From Dehalococcoidia bacterium (GTDB taxonomy: Bacteria > Chloroflexota > Dehalococcoidia > UBA2979), in the NCBI GenBank assembly GCA_045562675.1, contig JBJKVL010000008.1, positions 67,775 through 131,774 on the forward strand: DNA of 64,000 nucleotides, written 5' to 3'. The translations under genes and the position numbers were made by a program. The notes below the pieces were generated by a model. It was given only the letters and a program-made list of their open reading frames with translations. It was not told the origin of the DNA and searched no databases. Each line of letters opens with the position of its first letter. Position 1 is the stretch's first letter. Shown here piece by piece: positions 9,963 through 20,299 of the stretch.

Positions 9963-11288
9963 TTGATGAAAGAAAATACAATTGAAATAGATGATTTACG
10001 ACTTCCAAATATCTTTGATAAAAAGCTAGCAAATGGTATGAATATTTCCTTAGTGGAATACGGTAATCTTCCTTTAGTTAACATGCAATTTATCATTAAT
10101 ATTGGCTCTCTGTCAGAAATTAAGCATGAGCAACAATGGCTTACTTCATTTTTAGCGAATTATCTGAAAGAAGGTTCAAAACGATACAATGGTACAAATA
10201 TCATAGATTTATTCGCTTCGTATGGTGGTTCAATTGACATTAGTTCTAGTGACGATAATTTATTTATTAATGCAGAAGTACTATCTAAATTTGCTACCAA
10301 TGCCATTCAAATAATTGCAGATATTCTAAGAAATCCGATTTTTCCGATTCAAGAACAAAAACGAATTAAGGACGATTTATTGCGTAATTTAGATTTATTA
10401 CAAGTAGATCCTCAAGCTTTAACTTCTGCTAGATTAAATTATTTAATTTTTCAAGATCACCCTTACGGGAGAGAATTTCCACAAAAAAATAATCTTAAGA
10501 AGTTTAGCCATTCAATATTAAAGTCATTTTATAAAAATGCTATTGATAGTACTAAAACAAAAGTGTATGTAATAGGCAATTTTGATATTAATCAGATTGA
10601 TAATCAGCTTGAAAATTCTTTTGGTGATTGGGAATTTGGTAATGGTAATGCAGTGAAGCGACCAAAATTGGCGCAGCAAAACACATGGTCATTAATTGAT
10701 CGTGAAGAAGCGCATCAATCAACCATTAAGCTTGCGATGCGTTTAAATAATTTTTCCATTGATGATTATCCACGCCTTATAATGATTAATGCCTTACTTG
10801 GAGGGACTTTTATATCTAGAATTACAACTAATATTCGAGAAGATAAAGGATATAGTTATTCTCCAATTAGCCAATTATCAGTTGATAAACAATATTGTTT
10901 TTGGACTCAGTCTGCTGATGTATCCACTGAGGTAACTAAGGAATCTTTCCAAGAAATATTTTTTGAAATCAATCGCCTAACTCAAAAAGCACCGTCATCT
11001 AAGGAGCTTAATGGCATGATTACACATCTTTCTGGATTACATTTGATTCGGTTTTCTACACCTCGCTCGATTATTTCTCAACTTTTCTTTGCAGATAAAC
11101 TTAATATTCAGAGAAGTTTTTTTGAATCATATATCTCTATATTGCGAGATTTCACGCCACAGTCGATCTTTGATCAGGTTAATAAATCTTTTAATGACAA
11201 TTATTTTATTGCTATCGCAGGAGATAAGAAAAATGTTTACGAGAAAATTTGTAAATTAAAGTATTTTAGAAAAGTTAATGAATATTAA
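9963..11288 (+). CDS. M16 family peptidase, non-catalytic partner subunit
   Basis: Same length and architecture as the upstream M16 gene but without HxxEH. Starts 1 nt after the upstream stop (TTG 9963 / ATG 9966). Confidence 0.75.
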   Translation: MMKENTIEIDDLRLPNIFDKKLANGMNISLVEYGNLPLVNMQFIINIGSLSEIKHEQQWLTSFLANYLKEGSKRYNGTNIIDLFASYGGSIDISSSDDNLFINAEVLSKFATNAIQIIADILRNPIFPIQEQKRIKDDLLRNLDLLQVDPQALTSARLNYLIFQDHPYGREFPQKNNLKKFSHSILKSFYKNAIDSTKTKVYVIGNFDINQIDNQLENSFGDWEFGNGNAVKRPKLAQQNTWSLIDREEAHQSTIKLAMRLNNFSIDDYPRLIMINALLGGTFISRITTNIREDKGYSYSPISQLSVDKQYCFWTQSADVSTEVTKESFQEIFFEINRLTQKAPSSKELNGMITHLSGLHLIRFSTPRSIISQLFFADKLNIQRSFFESYISILRDFTPQSIFDQVNKSFNDNYFIAIAGDKKNVYEKICKLKYFRKVNEY

Positions 11289-11289
11289 T

Positions 11290-11829
11290 TTATCCACTAT
11301 AGTGCCAACCAGTATCAATGGAACTCATCGGATCTTCGTAGTTTAAGATGCTTCCTTCGATGACTTCAGCAACTACTAAAGTGTGATCTCCTACTTCATA
11401 ATTGTTAGTTACTGCACAATGAATAAACGCAACACAATCATTCAATATTGGAAGTCCATAATTATCCTTGGAATAATCAATGCCTTCTAATTTGTCAATA
11501 ATAATATTTTGACTATCATCGCTACGCCCTTTAATTTTAGATGAACGTTTTGGTTGAAGAAACTTTCTGGCTGTATCAATGTTCTGCTTTGATAATATAT
11601 TTATATTAAAAATTTTATTTTGCAGAATACTCTCTCTGCTATATGAATCTTTCTCAAATGATACAAGCACTAATCTAGGGTTGAATGAGATTTGTAATAC
11701 CCAGTCAGCGATCATGAAGTTTGGCTGTTCATCTCTTACTGAACCTATTGCATATATGCCATAGGTAAAAAGATCCATTACATCTGATATTTTATGTTTT
11801 TGAGGAATATTTTTTTCATTTTCAAACAT
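11290..11829 (-). CDS. Flavin reductase family protein (FMN-binding split barrel)
   Basis: 179 aa. The pattern NFMIADWVLQISFNPRLVLVSF is typical of HpaC/NtaB-like flavin reductases. Confidence 0.75.
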   Translation of the reverse strand: MFENEKNIPQKHKISDVMDLFTYGIYAIGSVRDEQPNFMIADWVLQISFNPRLVLVSFEKDSYSRESILQNKIFNINILSKQNIDTARKFLQPKRSSKIKGRSDDSQNIIIDKLEGIDYSKDNYGLPILNDCVAFIHCAVTNNYEVGDHTLVVAEVIEGSILNYEDPMSSIDTGWHYSG

Positions 11830-11960
11830 TTTTACATCCTTTTAAGCAAGCATATTATCTATCAAGAACAGCTTAATAACTAGTTAATAATTTAAAACTC
11901 TGTTCATTTTTATATTATTATCTTTATACTTAAATTTAATTAGAGAAATTGGAAAATTAA

Positions 11961-13205
11961 TTGAATAACAAACCTGAAAAACGTGTTAACGAATCTTCTG
12001 AGCAGGACTTTCTTCCATTTATTGAACAGTTGATTTCTCATACTACTCGGCGTATTAATGAAGGCAGTAATACTGATTGGGGCATACCACCTCGAGATCA
12101 GATCAAAGATGACGTGATTACATTTGGTGGGGGCATCCCAGATCCAACGTATCTACCTCAGAAAAATTTTTTTGATGCTTTTCAATATATCCAGGAATTT
12201 CCTGATGATACTTTTTTTCGGTACGGTGGGCCAGTTGGATATGAAAAGTTACGGTTAGAATTGGCAACTTTCTATTCAAAAAATTCAGTGAGCTATAAAC
12301 AGGATCAGTTTATTTTAACAAATGGTTCTGCAGGAGCCATTGAATTAATTTCAAAAACAATAATAGACCCTGGCGATATCGTAATTGCTGAATCACCAAC
12401 GTTTTCTGGTACACTGAGAACTTTTCGTGGATATGGTGCAAATGTTTTGCCAGTCGAAATAGATAGTGATGGAATGAATGTTGAGCATTTAGAGTACCTT
12501 CTAGCAAATAATCAATCGAAAAAGATTAAATTAGTTTATACAATTTCAAATTTTCATAATCCTACTGGCGCGTATCTTAGTTATGAAAGAAGAAAGCATC
12601 TGATTGCATTATCACGTAAGCATAATTTTTTGATACTTGATGATGATGCATATGGTGAAATAAATTTTACCAATGGTTCAGTTGCTCCATTAAGAGATTT
12701 AGATAGTTTTGGCAATGTAATAACAGCAGGAACATTTTCTAAAACTATTGCGACTGGAATGCGTGTAGGTTGGATTTGTGCACATGAAGATTTAGCAAAA
12801 AATATTTTAAGTAATCGATTTGATATGGGCAACAGCCCAATTTTACATGGACTTATTAGTCATTTTATGGAATCAGGAGCCTATATGGAACATATTCTCA
12901 AGATGAGAGAAATATATGAAAAAAAACTCAATACTTTGATCGATTCTATATCCGTAGAAGCAAAAAAACATCTTGATTTTTTTGTACCTAGAGGTGGTTT
13001 CTTTTTATGGTTAAGATTGAAAAAACATTCTGCAAAAGATTTACAAAAAGTTGCTTTAAATAAAGGACTTATTTTCCCTCACGGTTCAGTTTTTTTTGTT
13101 GAGGATGTTTTTCATGATGATTATATAAGACTAGCATTTTCTAAAAACAGCACTGACGAACTACATAGAGGCGGGATTATTTTATCCGAATGTCTGACTG
13201 CTTAA
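11961..13205 (+). CDS. PLP-dependent aminotransferase (class I/II fold, 2-aminoadipate/kynurenine aminotransferase-like)
   Basis: NPTG, DDDAYGE, and the PLP-Lys region TFSKTIATGMRVGW. 414 aa. No HTH domain. Confidence 0.8.
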   Translation: MNNKPEKRVNESSEQDFLPFIEQLISHTTRRINEGSNTDWGIPPRDQIKDDVITFGGGIPDPTYLPQKNFFDAFQYIQEFPDDTFFRYGGPVGYEKLRLELATFYSKNSVSYKQDQFILTNGSAGAIELISKTIIDPGDIVIAESPTFSGTLRTFRGYGANVLPVEIDSDGMNVEHLEYLLANNQSKKIKLVYTISNFHNPTGAYLSYERRKHLIALSRKHNFLILDDDAYGEINFTNGSVAPLRDLDSFGNVITAGTFSKTIATGMRVGWICAHEDLAKNILSNRFDMGNSPILHGLISHFMESGAYMEHILKMREIYEKKLNTLIDSISVEAKKHLDFFVPRGGFFLWLRLKKHSAKDLQKVALNKGLIFPHGSVFFVEDVFHDDYIRLAFSKNSTDELHRGGIILSECLTA

Positions 13206-13209
13206 TTCT

Positions 13210-14664
13210 TTATTGGTAGATAATTATATTTGGAGGATTTGTAAATTCCATTAACTCCTCGTTTGTAAATAAAGGCGTATCCCAATTATAGAATAATTTT
13301 ATTGCTGAAATTTCAGAGTATGATTTTAATGAAAAAATTTCATAGTTTGTTTTTTTTGCTCCTTTATTTCCGAATCCATCCATATCTATTGAAAGTTCAA
13401 TATTCTGATAATCAATAATGTCAGATTCATTAGTTAACATACTTTCATTAAATCTATGTACCATGAGCATTTTCTTATAATCATCATTTGGACTCATAAT
13501 TAGATTAAGATAATCTTGCACAGCATTAATTTCAGCACCAGACACGGAACCAATTACTTTACCAGGAGCAATTTTCTGACTCTTGGTTGCATATTCAGGA
13601 TCTAAAGCAAGATGGACATAATTTTTCTTTAAATATTTTTCGATGATTTTTATTTCATCGATTATATCTGCCCATCCTATTTGAATATCCAAAAAGACTA
13701 ATAAGTTGTTCTTTTCAGCAAAGTCTATATATTTATCAAGTAATTCGGTCGGAATCCTTTCTAAATAAGTTCCATCATCTGTATCTTCAGCTTGCGCAAC
13801 AGCAACAATGATATGGAGTGCCCCTAAAACATCTTTATCTGGTGAATAGACTTGTAAATCATCAATATCATTTTTTATACGTCGAACTAATTCATTTTGT
13901 TGCAATTCTCCAAGAATCCCTAACCTTGGTTCTTCAGGATAACCATAATATGCAATGATACGTTTATTTTTTAAAGATTTTGGTATTTTGAAATCAGGCG
14001 TCATTATTTTTAATTGGTAATCATTATCTGATAAAACTACATACTCATTATTGTGTTCAAAATAATTCAATGCTGGTAAATTTTTTGATTGAAAACTGTT
14101 CCAAACAGACCATAAATTTAAATTTTTATTTTTGTACCAAATAGATGTTTGTTGAATTTCTTTATCAGTGAGGGCATTCATTTCATTAATGACAATATTA
14201 TCTTGCTTGAATAGATCTGAAATTAAAATAGTAGTACCATTCCAGACAAATATATTTTCTCCTTTTGTCACATGTAAAATGCAACTATCTTGACCAATAA
14301 AATTGTCGCATTGAATCAAATTGGTACTGTCATTTTGTTTTATTTTTTCTTTTTTGTCATTTTTTATTAAGTCAGTATCGTTTTTTTGGAGAACTTTTTT
14401 TGGTTCAGTGTTAGTTTGATTTTGAGCATCCACTAATTTTGTGTTTTCTTGTGGTTGAGCAGATATATTTTGAACAGGCTTAATTTGCTCAGTTTTTTTT
14501 GGCAAATCTTTCGTTTCATTGTTTGCGATTTTTTTTGGTTTTTGATGAACGTGCTGTTCTTTATCAGTTTCTATTTTGAAAGAAAAATCTTGCAGATTGC
14601 TTATAGCAATAGTTAAAAACAAAACACTTAAAAAAACTATAAAGCTTGAGGTAGGTCTTTCCAT
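13210..14664 (-). CDS. Membrane-anchored extracytoplasmic protein of unknown function (K/Q/N/T-rich linker plus conserved C-terminal domain)
   Basis: N-terminal TM helix (FIVFLSVLFLTIAISNL) and an ~80-aa low-complexity linker. The C-terminal half has YYGYPEEPRLGILGE ... LVFLDIQIGW ... VHLALDPEY, a pattern I associate with uncharacterised lipoproteins of monoderm bacteria. Confidence 0.5.
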   Translation of the reverse strand: MERPTSSFIVFLSVLFLTIAISNLQDFSFKIETDKEQHVHQKPKKIANNETKDLPKKTEQIKPVQNISAQPQENTKLVDAQNQTNTEPKKVLQKNDTDLIKNDKKEKIKQNDSTNLIQCDNFIGQDSCILHVTKGENIFVWNGTTILISDLFKQDNIVINEMNALTDKEIQQTSIWYKNKNLNLWSVWNSFQSKNLPALNYFEHNNEYVVLSDNDYQLKIMTPDFKIPKSLKNKRIIAYYGYPEEPRLGILGELQQNELVRRIKNDIDDLQVYSPDKDVLGALHIIVAVAQAEDTDDGTYLERIPTELLDKYIDFAEKNNLLVFLDIQIGWADIIDEIKIIEKYLKKNYVHLALDPEYATKSQKIAPGKVIGSVSGAEINAVQDYLNLIMSPNDDYKKMLMVHRFNESMLTNESDIIDYQNIELSIDMDGFGNKGAKKTNYEIFSLKSYSEISAIKLFYNWDTPLFTNEELMEFTNPPNIIIYQ

Positions 14665-14704
14665 TATTTATTGTTCACTCTTATTGAACTTATATTTGAA
14701 ATCT

Positions 14705-15943
14705 TTACCCCCTTGGTAAACCGAGCCCCCTAGTTGCAATGACATTTCTTTGAATCTCTGAACTTCCACCAGCTATTGTACCAGGAACACCAGATACCCA
14801 TCCTTTGGTAAATTCTGATTGTAGTGCAGCCCGTGAGTCATCTTCATCCCAGATATTAGAATATAAGCCAAAAACTTTTGTTCCTAAGTTATCCAGTCTT
14901 CTTGTAGCCTCTGAGCCAAATAATTTAGAAACCGATGCTTCATAGTTTGGAACTTGCCCTTCATTTTGCATGCTTATGATTCTTAAAGAAAAATTGAACA
15001 TGACATTGGCATCTATATAAGCAGAGGCAACATCTTGTCTGATGCCATCAAAAACATTTATCCTCGATTTTATTTTCCCCTCTTCTTCACTAACAAAATT
15101 AATCATTCTATTAATAATTTTTTGTTGCCTGATCGCTCCTTCAATATTTGAACGCTCATTATCAAGCAATGTCATACCGACATACCAACCTCGATTTTCT
15201 TCTCCTACAATTTGCGTTGCAGGTATGCGAACATCTTCAAAGAAATCTTCATTTACTTCATGTCCCCAACTCATATCATAAATTGGATTTACAGTGATAC
15301 CTTCTGATTTAATATCAGCAAGTAAAAAAGAAATCCCCCTATGTTTAGGTGCGTCGGGATCAGTTCTTGTTAAAAGTAAAATCCAGTCTGCATAATGGCC
15401 ATGCGTAGTCCAAGTTTTTTGACCATTTATTACATATTCGTCACCATCTTTCACTGCTCTTGTCTGTAATGAAGCTAAGTCTGACCCCGCACCAGGTTCA
15501 GAAAACCCCTGACACCAAACTACATCTCCTTTTAGGATTGGAGGGAGGAACTCTTGCTTTTGTTCATCTGTTCCATGAACGATTAGCGCTGGGCCTAACA
15601 TTCCTAACCCAACATTACTTCCGACTCCTGGGGCATTTGCAGTTGCTAATTCTTGTTTTAAAATAAATTGTTCCATAGTTGATAATCCACCACCACCATA
15701 TTCTTTTGGCCAATGAGGAGCAACCCAATTTTTTTCAGCAAATGCATCGAACCAAGATTCAGCATCTTTATTGGCTTGCTGATCATCAGATATTCTGTCT
15801 CTTGCCCATTGGGTATAAGATCTTGGCCATCTGCCTTTAGACATTTCTTGATATCGATCAGGAAGTTTTTTTATTAAAGTTTTGACTTCTGTTCGAAATT
15901 GTCCTTGTTCTGAAGTATCGTTCCAATCCATTTTTTTCTCCAA
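14705..15943 (-). CDS. Acyl-CoA dehydrogenase family protein
   Basis: 412 aa. FSEPGAGSDLASL and C-terminal GGSSEIQRNVIA. Confidence 0.85.
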   Translation of the reverse strand: MEKKMDWNDTSEQGQFRTEVKTLIKKLPDRYQEMSKGRWPRSYTQWARDRISDDQQANKDAESWFDAFAEKNWVAPHWPKEYGGGGLSTMEQFILKQELATANAPGVGSNVGLGMLGPALIVHGTDEQKQEFLPPILKGDVVWCQGFSEPGAGSDLASLQTRAVKDGDEYVINGQKTWTTHGHYADWILLLTRTDPDAPKHRGISFLLADIKSEGITVNPIYDMSWGHEVNEDFFEDVRIPATQIVGEENRGWYVGMTLLDNERSNIEGAIRQQKIINRMINFVSEEEGKIKSRINVFDGIRQDVASAYIDANVMFNFSLRIISMQNEGQVPNYEASVSKLFGSEATRRLDNLGTKVFGLYSNIWDEDDSRAALQSEFTKGWVSGVPGTIAGGSSEIQRNVIATRGLGLPRG

Positions 15944-16082
15944 GCATATTGAATGAATATTCGAATATATTCTAGCAATTCTTTTAATTAATTGGTTAAT
16001 TATAAAGAAAAAAATTAAACTTTCTTAATAACTTTGCTATAGTGAGAACACAGATTTCAGGAAAAGTGATGAGTGACTATTT

Positions 16083-17159
16083 ATGAACAACAAGATGTTA
16101 ATTGGCCTTTTTGCAATGAACCAAGCTAGCGGTTACACAGTGACAAAGTCATCAAAGAGATGGAATCCTTCTTGGGAAAATAATGTTTTATTAGCAAAAA
16201 AAGCTGATAAATTAGGTATCGATTTTTTGCTATCAATTGCTAGATGGCGAGGATTTGGTGGTGAAACAAATCCTCATGGTTCCAACTTAGAACCATTCAC
16301 CTGGGCTGCCGGATTATTAGGTGCAACAAAAAACATAAATATATTTTCAACAATTCATTTACCATTAATTAACCCTGTTTATGCTTCAAAAATTATGGTC
16401 ACAGCTAATCATATTGGCAATGGTCGTTTTGGCTTAAATGCTGTTTGTGGCTGGAATGAATTTGAATTCAACATGCATGGCGTAGAATTCAATGATCATA
16501 ATAAACGATATAAACACGGCAGTGAATGGATGGAAATAGTGAGCAAGATATGGACAGATGACGAACCATTTGACTTTTCAGGGGAATTTTTTAATCTAGA
16601 AAAAGTTTCATTAAATCCGAAACCAATAAACAATACTAAGCCAATGGTAATGAACGCAGGTCGTTCAGAACAAGGTCAAGAGTTTGCCATAAATTATGCG
16701 GATTATATTTTTCTTGGACATAGAAATTTATCTAGTGAGGCAGTTAGCAAAGACATAAATGAATTACAAAATCGTGCTATTAAATTCGGCAGAGAAAATT
16801 TAGATATCTGCACTAATATTTTTATTGTCTGTAAGCCTACTCAAAAAGAAGCAGAAGAATTTTATAATGATTTTGCAATTAAAAATGCTGATGATGATGC
16901 AATCAATAATATCATGGTTGAGCGAGGTATTGATAAACTTCCTACGGAGTTTCAAGATGCATTTCGAGCACGAGCTGGTGCTGGTCATGGAGCACCAAAT
17001 ATCGTAGGTGATCCTGATTTTGTTGCAAGTGAGTTAATTCGCCTGCACAAATTAGGTATAAGAGGTTTTGCTCTTGGTTTGTTTAATTACATTGACGATT
17101 TGGATTTTCTATCTAAAACAGTATTGACTGATTTACAGGAAAAGGGTTTTCGTAGCTAA
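16083..17159 (+). CDS. LLM-class flavin-dependent monooxygenase (RutA/SfnG-like subgroup)
   Basis: ARWRGFGGET...LEPFTW...GNGRFGLNAVCGW...PMVMNAGRSEQG. This matches my recollection of the RutA/SfnG-type branch of luciferase-like monooxygenases. Confidence 0.8.
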   Translation: MNNKMLIGLFAMNQASGYTVTKSSKRWNPSWENNVLLAKKADKLGIDFLLSIARWRGFGGETNPHGSNLEPFTWAAGLLGATKNINIFSTIHLPLINPVYASKIMVTANHIGNGRFGLNAVCGWNEFEFNMHGVEFNDHNKRYKHGSEWMEIVSKIWTDDEPFDFSGEFFNLEKVSLNPKPINNTKPMVMNAGRSEQGQEFAINYADYIFLGHRNLSSEAVSKDINELQNRAIKFGRENLDICTNIFIVCKPTQKEAEEFYNDFAIKNADDDAINNIMVERGIDKLPTEFQDAFRARAGAGHGAPNIVGDPDFVASELIRLHKLGIRGFALGLFNYIDDLDFLSKTVLTDLQEKGFRS

Positions 17160-17169
17160 GAAAAATTTT

Positions 17170-18717
17170 ATGGTTTTAAAACTCTCCTCTGATATTTTAA
17201 TTGTTGGTGCAGGAACATCTGGATGTGTTGCTGCAACCAGGCTTGTTAATGCTGGGTTGCAAGTTATTTTAATTGATGCAGGACCCGATTTTGGCCATTC
17301 TGATCAAAATAATTGGCCAGGGGAGATAACTAGTGAAAAATTCATCGGAGAGGACACATCTTTTGACTGGGGCTATACTGCGCAACTAGGATTGAAAGAA
17401 AAGCGGTATCTTCGTGGAAAAGTTTTTGGAGGCTCCTCTGCAATAAATGCTTCTGGAATTAATTGGGGCTTGAAGAATGATTATGACAGGTGGGATGAGT
17501 ATGGGTTAGAAGGTTGGAGCTTTAATGAACTTTTGCCTTATTTTCAAAAAGTTGAAAAATTATATGATTTTGAAAATGCAGATAATGAACGGGGCACTAA
17601 TGGTCAAATTAAAGTCACTCGTCAAATTCCAGATCAAGAATATTTTAAAGACTTTGAAAAATCTTGTGAGAGTTACGGCTTACGCTATATTGATGCTTCC
17701 GGGCCTAAATCTGCTGAGGGCTATGGTTATGTAACACGTAATGTCATTGATGGTATTAGACAAAATCCAGCACAAAGTTATCTTGATGAGATTAGGTCAA
17801 AAAAGAATTTTACGATTTTAGACATGTCCGAAGTTCTAAAAATTAATTGGGATGGAAGTTTCACTACGGGCTTAGAAATTATTCGTAATGGAGAATTAAT
17901 AAATATCAATTCAAAACATATTATTCTATGTGCTGGTACAGTTGGTTCTCCAATTTTACTGCAAAGATCTGGAATAGGCCCACGTGATATTCTTGAGAAA
18001 CTTGGTTTTGAAGCAAATAACTCAAAAGTTATAAATGGTGTTGGTGAAAACTTACAGGATCATTTTGGTATTAGATATTCTTTTGCCGCATCATCTTATG
18101 CTCTTAAAAATATTGAATGGGATAAAGGTGGTTCAATAAGAATACGATTAAAGCAAAATCAAAAAGACATTGGACATAATTTGACTTTTAGCTCAGCGTT
18201 ATCTCCTTTTGCAAGTAATGGAGGAACTACAGATGCAGCGTTATTTCATTCAATTCTGTGGCTAGTACAGCCGAAAAGCATAGGAAATATTTTTATTAAC
18301 TCTTTAGATAAATCTGCAAAGCCAACCATTAATTTCAATTTTGGTAACTCTCATGACAAAGATATTAAAAGTCTGTTGTATGGTTTAGAGTGGTCCCGTG
18401 AATTTGTTCAGACTAATCCATTAAATAAGTGGATTAGTAATATTTACAATCCTTCAAATGATTTTAATGCTGATGAATTTATGAATTGGATACAAAGCAA
18501 TCTATCATTTTATTATCATATGGTTGGAACATGTAGAATGGGTACACAAAATGATCCACAAAGTGTTGTAAGTGAAAAAGGACTTGTAAATGGATTTGAT
18601 AACTTGCATGTTTTTGATGCATCCGTAATCCCAAAAATCCCTAGAGGAATGCTCAATTTGACTGTTTTTGCAATTGCTGAAAAAATGAGTGATATGTTGA
18701 TTCAGTCTATTCAATAA
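17170..18717 (+). CDS. GMC family FAD-dependent oxidoreductase (choline/alcohol dehydrogenase-like)
   Basis: N-terminal ILIVGAGTSGCVAATRL Rossmann motif, GGSSAINA, and C-terminal YYHMVGTCRMG. Confidence 0.85.
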   Translation: MVLKLSSDILIVGAGTSGCVAATRLVNAGLQVILIDAGPDFGHSDQNNWPGEITSEKFIGEDTSFDWGYTAQLGLKEKRYLRGKVFGGSSAINASGINWGLKNDYDRWDEYGLEGWSFNELLPYFQKVEKLYDFENADNERGTNGQIKVTRQIPDQEYFKDFEKSCESYGLRYIDASGPKSAEGYGYVTRNVIDGIRQNPAQSYLDEIRSKKNFTILDMSEVLKINWDGSFTTGLEIIRNGELININSKHIILCAGTVGSPILLQRSGIGPRDILEKLGFEANNSKVINGVGENLQDHFGIRYSFAASSYALKNIEWDKGGSIRIRLKQNQKDIGHNLTFSSALSPFASNGGTTDAALFHSILWLVQPKSIGNIFINSLDKSAKPTINFNFGNSHDKDIKSLLYGLEWSREFVQTNPLNKWISNIYNPSNDFNADEFMNWIQSNLSFYYHMVGTCRMGTQNDPQSVVSEKGLVNGFDNLHVFDASVIPKIPRGMLNLTVFAIAEKMSDMLIQSIQ

Positions 18718-19455
18718 CTAAATTGCTGTATAGCCGCCATCAATCAGTAAATCAGTACCTGTTACAAATGATGCATCATCACTTGCTAAAAAGAGAGCTC
18801 CTTTAGCAATTTCCTCAGGTTGTCCTAGTCTTCTAAGAATATGTTTTTTTTCTAGGAATTCTTTTGCAGTATCCATGTCGCCATAACCGTCAATCAGCAA
18901 GGGGGTTTCAATTGCACCAGGAGATAGACTATTAACTCTGATTCCATGCCTAGCATGGTCTAAGGCTAATGCTTTTGAAAATTGAATTAGAGCTCCTTTT
19001 GATGAGCAATATGCTAAAGATTTACCAGTGACAACTTGGCCTAATTGCGAAGCGACGTTGATAATAACTCCTTTTTTATTTTCAATCATATGCGGAATAA
19101 CTTCTTTACAAAAAATAAATGCCCCAGTTAAATTTACGTCTAAGCTTTTCTGCCAGCTAAGTAATGATAATTCAGTTATATCAGCAACATCTCCTTTAGT
19201 AACTGCATTATTTATTAAGATATCTATTGTTTTGTGTTCATCAATAGTTTTGCTTACAACATCTTTGATTGCTTGCTCAGAAGTAACATCACATTCAATT
19301 TTGATTAATGCTTTGTCATACTCAATTTCATTTGGAAAATTAATATCAGCTATAATGACTTGCGCGCCCTCGTCTGTAAATTGTTGAGCGATAGACAAAC
19401 CTATGCCTCTGCCTCCACCAGTTATGATTGCAGTCTTATTTTTTAATTTACTCAT
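18718..19455 (-). CDS. Short-chain dehydrogenase/reductase (SDR)
   Basis: TGGGRGIGLS cofactor motif, NNAV, catalytic YCSSK. 245 aa. Confidence 0.9.
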   Translation of the reverse strand: MSKLKNKTAIITGGGRGIGLSIAQQFTDEGAQVIIADINFPNEIEYDKALIKIECDVTSEQAIKDVVSKTIDEHKTIDILINNAVTKGDVADITELSLLSWQKSLDVNLTGAFIFCKEVIPHMIENKKGVIINVASQLGQVVTGKSLAYCSSKGALIQFSKALALDHARHGIRVNSLSPGAIETPLLIDGYGDMDTAKEFLEKKHILRRLGQPEEIAKGALFLASDDASFVTGTDLLIDGGYTAI

Positions 19456-19499
19456 CTTAAGTGCCTTAATTTAATTATATTTTACATTTATTAATTTAA

Positions 19500-20279
19500 T
19501 CATGTAGCTTGTTCTTCATTTTTTTGCCATATATAAAATATTCTACCAAGCCAGAATAATAGAATTGGGGTAGAACCTGCCCACATGATTAAGCCTGCAA
19601 TTTCTTGATCTTCAAACGGGCTTAAATTAGTCACAGGTACTGCAAATTCATATGTTGCATAAATTGGATAACTATTAAATACAAAAAAGGCACCAGGTAT
19701 TGCTGGTAAAATCGATAGAGCAAAGACAAAAAATATTCTTAATGGAAAGGCTATAAAATGATTCCTATCAAATTTTGGATCAATCCATAGCCAAAATAAT
19801 AAAGCAGAAAAAATCCAAGTCAAGTCAATAATCATTGTCCCAATCTGAGAAGCCTTCAGGCTATCGGCAATAAAAGGGATATGAGTAATTACTAAGGAAA
19901 TATTTATAATCAAAAATGGTAAGAAAAGGTTTTTAAGTATAATGGCAAATTTTGAATTAAATATTTTTTCGTAAATATCTTTTGGAATGGATAATATTAA
20001 TAAAGGCGCCACAACAAATGTATATATTAAATATTGCAAGATATGTAAAGATAGAAGATACCCTGCTCCTAATGGACCTATTGGCCAATCTGTAAATATC
20101 CAAAATAAAATCATTCCAATGAGAAAATATTTTGACTGCTTGTTGTTAATTGATGGATTGATAAAACGAAAATAAGAGAAAAAAAATACACCAACTAATA
20201 TCCAGATACCTGGATAAATTGATGGGCTCCAAGTCCAATTTGTATTTGATAAACCCGAACACCACCATGCGAAACTCAT
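19500..20279 (-). CDS. ctaG: Polytopic membrane protein, likely cytochrome c oxidase assembly factor CtaG (Caa3_CtaG family)
   Basis: ~7 predicted TM helices, with an N-terminal W-x-W-x-P...Y pattern. Lies immediately downstream of the Sco gene on the same strand. Family call is from pattern and context only. Confidence 0.5.
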   Translation of the reverse strand: MSFAWWCSGLSNTNWTWSPSIYPGIWILVGVFFFSYFRFINPSINNKQSKYFLIGMILFWIFTDWPIGPLGAGYLLSLHILQYLIYTFVVAPLLILSIPKDIYEKIFNSKFAIILKNLFLPFLIINISLVITHIPFIADSLKASQIGTMIIDLTWIFSALLFWLWIDPKFDRNHFIAFPLRIFFVFALSILPAIPGAFFVFNSYPIYATYEFAVPVTNLSPFEDQEIAGLIMWAGSTPILLFWLGRIFYIWQKNEEQAT

Positions 20280-20299
20280 TATGCTCCAATTGTTAATAG

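Noticed and set aside
11880-11900. Short palindromes in divergent promoter regions (TAACTAGTTA at about 11888; GAATATTC/GAATATATTC at about 15960-15985)
   Set aside because: 8-10-bp AT-rich palindromes are expected by chance at this base composition, and no cognate regulator gene is nearby. Mentioned only as context.
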